From contig JYFJ02003123.1 of assembly GCA_000934665.2 (NCBI GenBank), positions 1 to 46,263 on the forward strand: a stretch of DNA of 46,263 bases, given 5' to 3'. Within the stretch, counting starts at the first letter, position 1. Every line of letters begins with the position of its first letter. Of the stretch, positions 38,182-46,263 are shown piece by piece. A program made the translations under genes and the position numbers. Under the pieces are notes generated by a model. That model did not search any database. It had not been told where the DNA came from and worked only from the letters and a program-made list of their open reading frames with translations. The DNA is from Catajapyx aquilonaris. Lineage: Eukaryota.

Positions 38182-41100
38182 CTGGAAGAGGAAAAAATAA
38201 AGTTTAGTCTAACCGGCGGCGCGTATATCACAGCTTAATTAACTTGTAGTTGTTTGGCTATCCATTAAAGCGCAGAATCTAGTCGAGTAAAATATTTTTT
38301 GTCTTGGAGGTATATAAAATACATATATAGCTACATAGCTAACAGAATTATGTTCGGGGTAATACATACGACAAAGTTGTGCATGTTCTTAATTTAAATC
38401 ATGCAAATAGGTATTGCTAAAATGGCAGGATTCCACCGACACACAACAGTTGTACCCCTTTCGTCAAGATGAAAAGTGAACTATGCAGATAAGAAGCCAA
38501 TGTAAACAAGCTGAAAATGGCGATTCTCTCCATTGTTGGGATGCAAGAAATAGCATTTCGCCCCTGTAGTGCACCCCACACCAAGTCGATTCATCATGTC
38601 GACTCTTCCCCGTTGACTCTATGCGCAGGCGGAAGGAAGGAAGGAAGGAAATAACTGTCGAGGGAGAGAATTCCATAACTCAGAAGTGGGTCCAAAGGCA
38701 GGGCGGGAGCATCTGTATGCGGGTGGTGAAGAGGAAAGCGCCCCAATTGGTTCTGGGTAGGAGGCAGGGGCCATCATGATTGCTACTCGGACGCCCAGCA
38801 CGGTCCCTCTGCATATTTGCTGCCGCCTTTTCTTGCACCAACCTCCCCCGCCAAGATTTGTATGCGACTTGCGAAACGCCTGGCTGCATCGAATCACCGA
38901 TGAGCACCAGCCTTGGTCCAATTCCGAGAGATCTTCCTTTCCTCCACTTCCCCTTCCGCCCTACCACCATCTCTCATGTTTAACCTATAATCCCATACTA
39001 ATGATGGATGACCCGGTCACCCATAGAAAATAAAATAAAAAAATAAAAAAAACGATAACGTCGGAATATAGCCCTGGAATTTCTGGAACGGATAGCTATA
39101 TACCTGGAAAGCCGGTGTGCGCCGCAGTTTTCAGTCCGGGGGCAAACCGACAGTCAGCGAATCTAATCAAAATCGAATTAAGGACAGAGCTGAAGGCGCG
39201 ACTCAGAGAGCTGCAAATTTCCCCCTGGCCCCCTTTGCTAAAGGGAGGGGAAAGAGGAAGAAGGGGAAAATGTGTGCCCATTTGGAAACTCGGCTTGATG
39301 AGGATGGAACATGTTTGGAGCCTCCAGGGCACTAGCAAACTACTGGAAGCCTGTCTTGTCCTTGCCCAATCCGGATGCGTCTCCGCCATGACAGCGATTC
39401 CGGAGGCCAAGCTTTGGCGAAAACGAGCTGGGTAATGCTTGTTCATTCCCGGCTTGATTAAAAACCAGGGAATTCATAATCATCGCACTCATTGATTGCC
39501 TTACAGATGACGTGACACTACAGGCTGTACCAAAAGTTGAAATAAACCCTAACTCCAGGACGCTGCAAATTTGGCGCCCCAAAGCACGATCTCAAGGCTC
39601 GAAATGGAAAGAGAAGTCGTAAAGGGAGGGCTCAACTCCAGCAACCCCAGAGCTAGCCCTCCACTTCTTATTAAAAAAGGTGGAGGCTGAATGTGGCCAA
39701 CCCCCCACAGTCCTCACCCATTTCATTCCGATTCCTTCCCCCCTCCTCCCCCCCCAAAAAAACCCGCCAAACTGCAACCTCACTTGACTCCTCTCCTAAA
39801 CAACATCCATTCGACTTTACGGCCGGTATTTACCCCAAAAAAGTGCCACCCGTTAAGGAAACAGCCAGCCCTTTGGGTGCGGGTGGGGAAGCCAGAGAGG
39901 GGGGTTTGTAGATCCTAAAAAAGGTACATTCGGGGGCGCCCTCTTGGGAAGGTATCGCAGGTAATTACAGCCGCAGTCAATCGCTCCGCCATTTTGGGCG
40001 GGCCCCCGGACAGAAACGGAAGCACCTTGGGGAACACCGCTTACTTCTTTTTTTCAGCTGAAGAAACTTCCTGCGTTTCCCACAGGACTACCACGCCCCC
40101 CCCCCCNACCACAACCTGCGTCTTTTGTGGCGGGAAACTTTCCTAAAATCACCCCCCTCTCTCCAGCAGCCGCCCCCCACCTCCTCCTAATTGAAAAAGA
40201 TAGGCCCGGCTCCTTTTCCAGGCCATCGCCTCCTATCTAGAGTCAGCCTTCAGGCTGTCAAGGAAAAGACGGCTGCACACCGCCTAAAACTCCCGCGGGA
40301 CTTTTTCCTTCAGGAATGATGGACGAGCTCTGCTTCCCCGATTATAGGCTGCGGACCACCAGCACTCCGACCGTGTTAGGCGCACAATATGTCAACTTTA
40401 GGATGCTTGGTTAGCCGCAAATGAGCTATTCATGCCTCTGAAGCCGAAACGCCTGCCGTGACCTTATTATTCCACTTTTATAAATAGGTGGGGGATCCGT
40501 GCTTCCCCTGCTCTCACGGTCCGGTGACGTCATGTTTCAACCGCCCACTTTGTATGTGCACATCAGCATATGGTGTTGACTCAGGGCAGGTATACTCATC
40601 GTTTGCAAGTCTTCTGACCCAGTAGGCATCAAGCAATACGACTACCAACGGTACAATAGTTGACTAGGAATTACCGTCGCATGAACGACACTTGTAGCAG
40701 TCGCCGTGGAATGACAACATTACCGGGGCCAACAAAGCATTCGGACGCTACATGACAGGGAAATAAAGAGTCATTTTCTCCAGCACCCTACCCACCCCTA
40801 GCATGCACCGTCATACTTGTCTCCCCCAGGGCTATAATCCAGGAAGTGGAATCTCTTGGTATGCCTTGTCAAGGACTGGTAGTATCCGGGAATGGGCCAT
40901 TCCAGCATGCCGGGGGGCTCGGAATGTTACAGGAGGGGGGAGGTGGGGGACCCCCTATTGCAGCCATAAAGAGCTGCCGGAGAAGAATAGATGCGGTCGA
41001 GATGGATGCCCTCTTATGTATTTTTACTCCCAACTTGGCTACAAATTCTCTTCCCCGGAAGCTTAGTAATTGTCCGACGTACCTTATGCGCCCTTCAACA

Positions 41101-42371
41101 CCGCGGTTCTTTGTCCGAGTTTCCGCCTGGAAAAAGAGAGTCTGATGCTTCTCCCCTTTTGTGCAGCTCTCAACAGAATGACTCATGCAAGAGTCCATGG
41201 AGGGAAGGAGAGAGAGAGAGGGAGGGGATGCCAAGCCGGGAAATACATATCCGAACCAGTCTCGCCTATAAAGCCACGCTCGACGAGGAGGACACGTGGC
41301 TCGGCTGCTGGGGGCTGCCTACAATGGCCCGAAAGACGCGCGCATATCGATTGCCATGAGGAATCGCTCGCACACAACGCACGCTTCCAGGCCTATTCTG
41401 AAGGGAGGGGGCTCCCCACCCCCCGCCCTTCCATACCCCCCTATCATACACACGAACAATGACGCTTGCTGCTTTTGCATCGGTTGCACCCTCTAAACAT
41501 GTCATTTACCTCTGATGCAACAATTATTAATCCGGGCGCTTTTATATGGCGAGCGAAGGGCCTGCTATAAAGTGCATTGGCGAAAGTGGGGTGTCCGCCG
41601 GGGCGAATCTGACGCCGTTGAACCTAACGTTATTCGCTGGGGCAAGGGAATAGAAGTGAAACGAGAAAAATGGCTCCCATAACATATCGATTTGTTCAGC
41701 AATGTCTTGGCTGCGCGTAACCAGGCGTCATCACGCGCACGCCATCTGCTGAAGCGCCACTCAAGCTTCTGGAAAAGCAAGTTACACGTCTCTCCGCACC
41801 ATCTACCGGCGCTGGGATCAATCTAGCTGAATATGATGCTAATTATTGGCGAACGATACGAGAGCATTCAAGCATGGCACATTGTCAAAATGAAAACTGG
41901 CTCTGTGATTTGTAAATGTAAAATAAACACTGTTGAATGACCTCGTCCAGTGTAGTGTTTATCCTGGCATGGCACAAACCCATGCGGCTCTTCTGTGCAA
42001 CGGCCAGTATAATCGGCAGGGGCAGATGTCGAGCCCCTGGTAAGCAGACCTCTTGCCACACAAGAGAGGCGCATAGGTTTCTCGCCTGCCAGGATAAGAG
42101 TTTGTACGGGAAGACTCGTCCATTTCAATCAAGGAGGTCCGCGTGTCTGATATACACGTACACACTAGGTAGGTATTAGCTTCAATCAAGCTAATGTGTT
42201 GGGGTTGAATTCAAACTTCACGCAACCACGCGACTTGCGTACAAAATAAAGATCTCTCATACCAGGGAGGCTGTGGCGCCATTCTACCTCCTCTTGTAAT
42301 ACCTATTGCTATCTTACAGTTAGTTAATGAGTGACGTTGTTTCAAGAAATTCTGACGTTGTATCTTACGTA

Positions 42372-42583
42372 CACTGTAAACCGCAAAACATTAAAAGACT
42401 ATCACTGGTGAGTCTCTTATGGAACGTCAATTTTTAATGCTCTTCTAATAATGCTCTGCCAATGCTCTTGTGATGCTTTTAGGAACAAAAAAGCATCACA
42501 GGAGCATTAGAGGAGCATTAAAAATTGCTGTTCCATGAGAGATTCACCAGTGATGCTCTTTTAATGTTTTGCGGTTTACAGTA
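42372..42583. mobile_element. Near-fully palindromic MITE with CACTGTAAA terminus (animal EnSpm/CACTA-like)
   Basis: actgtaaaccgcaaaacattaaaaga / tcttttaatgttttgcggtttacagt perfect; pairing continues to a short central loop; flanked by TA. Confidence 0.8.
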
Positions 42584-43819
42584 TATGTGATGCTAAGTTA
42601 AATTAAATTATTTATACCGAACTAGAGTAATTTAAGATATCTGTAAGGCACTAGCTGCTATGATTTTAGTAGGTAATATGATTCTTGGTAGATGATCAAA
42701 CACTGCACAATCAGGAGCAATAATGAGGAGAATGAACCTGCAGAGAAAAATGCACGCTTCTTCATTTTCCACCTGGATTTCTCTTGACGGAGGGTCGGAT
42801 GCAGATCCTAATACCGTCCATTAACAGGCCCCTGCTGAGCTTGTCTGAGGCCTCGGGCAGGAGTTATGCGACATAAAACACACGTAACCAAAACAATTAC
42901 TATTGACCTTTGACATTGAAGTCACAAACGCACATATGCTATTATGGTTACATGGTTGGGAATGGTTGGCAAGTTAGCCGTCTAAGGCATATAATGAAGT
43001 TACAATTGGAAATTAATTCTGCTCGAATTTTCTAAAAAAAAAAACCCCCTTGCAGACTTTACAAATATACCACATTTCATATTAGCGATGTTTGCAATTT
43101 TGGTTAAAATAAATAAGTAAATACCTTTAAACATGTCTACAGGTTTTGCCAACCATTTTGAGACATCATCTACAGTAAGGGAAAAATAAATTCATACGCA
43201 TAAGTTATCATCACTAAATTCCCTGCCATTCACAGTAGCCATTGCTCTGTGTAAAGTGGAATCAAGTTACAGGCTTTAGACTCCAAAAAGGTACAAAGCA
43301 GTCAATGAGACGCGCCAGTAGGTCCCGATTTCACTTGCACAAGCACAGAACAATTCGCACACCCTGAAAATGCAACCAGTCGAGATGCGGAAAAAAGTAA
43401 AAGAGCTATAAATGGGGTGTTGGGGAACCTAGCCCATATTATTGCAATGTTATGGCTCCTCTTGCACTCATAGAAGCTTAATTAATTAGGGGTTTAAATG
43501 CCAGACACGAGGCATTTATAATTTATTACACTATGTAACAAAAATGAACATTTTTGTCCTTGGAAATTCATTGCTATTTGCATGTTCCATATAGGTCACC
43601 GGTGACCTTTCATTCTGTCTGAATTTTGTCTTCAACATTGTGGCTGTCAAATAACCAAAGTCCTCGAAATATTGGGGTCATTCCGAATCAAGTGGGCTGA
43701 AATGTTGCTTGAGCCTCTCGGATTTTGGTGGAAAAAACACAGAAGTGCACACCTATTCCATAACGCTTAATATCAAGTTTCATCCATATTGCTCAATAGC
43801 GTGAGGAGGGGTAAATCCT

Positions 43820-44480
43820 CGAAATTTTGGAAAGGGCTAAAATTGATCTATTTTTTTTGTAAGAGCATTTTCGGTTAGTGGAATTGGTCAAAATCCAATA
43901 AACATAGATATCAAATGAAGTAAAAAGAGACTAGAAAATGCAACTATGAAATTAACACATTCTCCTCAAAAATGTAAGCAGAAAAACGTGTGACATTCGT
44001 TCTATTCGTCACATGCTCAGTCACATGTCCAAGAATTTGGACTCCGATAATTAGTGATGTGTTTGCGTAACGTCAGTCACATTTGGTGACATGAGTTGTG
44101 GCCCACATAAGGTTTAACATTATGTTCAATTTGAAACCAGGTATATGCATGGCTTGTGAGAAAATATTAGGGATGGTTTGCAGATTCATCACTAATTTTA
44201 GGGGGCCAAAATTCTGAGATATGTGACCGATGGAATGCCACACGTTTTTCTGGTTACATATTCGAGTAAAGCTAATTCTATAGTTGCGTTCTCCTTGTCT
44301 TCCTCCGTCTTTTGATGTACATAATTATACGGAGGGTTTATGAGCTCATATGGGCTAGTCAATCCGCCAACTATCTGACCCTGTACATAATATATTATGT
44401 TCGTTGGGTTTTGACCACTTCCACTAGCCAAAAACAATATTCTCCAAGGGCTCATTTTAAGGCCGTTTTAAAATTTCGGC
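43820..44480. repeat. Old, diverged long inverted repeat (probable DNA transposon relic, possibly starting at ggggtcattcc ~43674)
   Basis: tagtggaa..ggtcaaaa / ttttgacc..ttccacta; gcaactat / atagttgc; cagaaaaacgtgtg / cacacgtttttctg; gtcacat / atgtgac in mirrored order. Confidence 0.6.
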
Positions 44481-44671
44481 TAGGTTCCCCTTTATACAGT
44501 ACGTAGGCAAATTCCGAACACCCTGTTTGTACGCATTTTTAGCCCTTTTCCTTTTTCCCACATCTTGAGTGGTCGCATTTTCAGGGTGAGAGAATTGTGT
44601 GTTTGGGCAAGTCTTATCGAATCTTCGCATATGGACAGGGGTCAAGGCATCGACCGTGCCGTTTGCCCAGG

Positions 44672-45067
44672 CAGGCCCCAGACCGAAACAGGGCCCCCCA
44701 AATTGGCGAATTTCTATTGGAAAAAATGTGACATTTAAAAGCCAGTATTGAATTATAGGGCCCAGAGTCCCCAACCCAAAGAGGGGCCTCAAACTGGCTA
44801 ATTATTAACTTATTGCCAAAATTTGTAAATTAAAAGTCAGTATTGAAAAGGGGTCTCCAGAAATGATTGGGCCCAGAGTCCCAAACGTGTTCAGATGCCA
44901 TTGGGATTGGGTGTTTTGCCCAGTACGTTTCTGTCGGCTGGTAGTACTGTATAAGTCCGTCCTGGGGCCCTTCACGGGGCCCCCTGGCCGGACTTGCTTC
45001 TCCGAGGCCCGGGGAAAGTGTACCCAGCTGCCCCCCATCCCCCGTCCCCTCCCTCTGCATGGCCCTG
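44672..45067 (-). mobile_element. hAT-like non-autonomous fragment
   Basis: Terminus reads CAGGGCC on the minus strand, followed by G-rich and many gggccc motifs; internal duplication ttaaaag(c/t)cagtattgaa...gggcccagagtcccc. Second terminus uncertain. Confidence 0.4.
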
Positions 45068-46000
45068 CCCATTACTTAACCCATTGTTAAAATGCCTTCT
45101 ACTTAAAATTGCGTCAATTTGACATTGAAATCAAATTCAATTACCACCAAAACCCCGGAGTGTTTATTTCGGTGCATATAAAATACCGTAATAAATGTAT
45201 ATAAAAAACAACCGCCATATTGCATCCACCATTTTTAAATAATCTCAGTTGGACATCGGATTCGGAGTCAGCGACCCCTGTAACCCGCAATGCCCGGTTT
45301 TCATGCCGAGACAATGCCCTCTCAATATTTAGCAATTTTTTTTTACCTCGACTCGCACCTTCAATATGTTAAGTATATTAGGTGGGTAATTAAAAATTAC
45401 TGTTACATATGATCTGATATGATTCATACCGACAGAGCGGAACAAGAACGCCTCATTTCCAAGCGTGACACCACCAGGTATAACCTAGTTTAGCACCAAC
45501 TGAACATTAAGAAGCGAAAGATGTCTAAAATTAGATGCCACTCAAAACTCCCGCTGACGACCAGTACGCTCCAAGTCAATAACTAAAAACCTCAACATAT
45601 GCTAAAACATTGTTTATCCTGGCTTTACAGGGAAAAGGGAAAAAAAATTAATTACTTCCAAAATTTAAAAGACCCGAAGGTCCCATTTGGTACCTTCAGA
45701 AGTCAAAGGTCAAGAGTAATTCACATTTTACTCGTCTCAGCTGCAGCAATGGAGAGATGGGAGTGTTGAATGCTCGAGCCACATTATTCCATACGTAGTA
45801 CGTACTGTACACTACCTAACTTGTTGAGTACAAGTTATCGATCGATTAGGTCTAGTGAAGTAATCACGTTTTTCGAACCACGTAAATTGATCATCATCGT
45901 TACACACTAAAATGCATTCAGGCATGGTACATATGTCACAATGGGCATCTGTCAACAATGCAACTCAAAATTAAAGGCTTGCAACTTCAATATACAGTAA

Positions 46001-46263
46001 TCTAATATATATAAAGCCCCAATCCGAGGAGGATATAGGATGGAAAAGATCTCCCACTTCCAGAGGTCGTACAGACCTCGGACTTACGCCGTTGGATTCC
46101 TTGCACCCGCTAACCTATTTTCAAAAATCCTCAAAACCGCGAATTTCCCTGCCGTTTTCGAGATCGCCAAATTAAATGTAGACGCAAACCCGAGATCGCG
46201 AAATTAATGTATACCGCCAACTCCCCAACGGTCGCCCCCCCCCCTCCCTCTTGCCTCCCCCAC
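46001..46263 (+). mobile_element. 5' end of a Helitron-like non-autonomous element, running out of the window
   Basis: A|TCTAATATATATAAAG fits the 5'-TC plus TATATATAAA start typical of Helitrons inserted after an A; internal repeat cgagatcgc..aaatta. Confidence 0.5.

Noticed and set aside
42660..42755. Strong minus-strand acceptor (tttttctctgcag) as the missing first coding exon
   Set aside because: Following sequence does not encode the expected PLEKHH N-terminus and has no convincing donor.

Overview
Eukaryotic, probably arthropod-like invertebrate DNA (spliceosomal introns, TTAGG-containing repeats, mosaic CpG content). The whole window lies inside one minus-strand gene, a PLEKHH1/PLEKHH2 (C. 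elegans max-1, Drosophila CG43867) family homolog. Eight exons with GT-AG boundaries and consistent phases (38181-38119, 9265-9128, 8473-8390, 3698-3558, 2939-2515, 2317-1732, 1640-1388, 561-296) join into an open 652-codon stretch: N-terminal coiled coil, Ser/Pro/Gly-rich linker with YxxP motifs, then the start of a PH domain. I did not find the first coding exon, and the rest of the PH/MyTH4/FERM region lies beyond the window. A 28.9 kb intron (9266-38118) is CpG-rich and holds many short non-autonomous DNA transposons (MITEs) and promoter-like motif clusters. The most unusual structure is a ~1.1 kb composite at 11972-13076: three TTAGG-bearing MITE-like units stacked in (TG)n and enclosed by an outer TIR pair. 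There is also evidence for internal alternative first exons, one coinciding with a CpG-depletion boundary. I saw no intact transposase, RNA gene or CRISPR array, and no new protein-coding system that I can support. Most listed ORFs look spurious.
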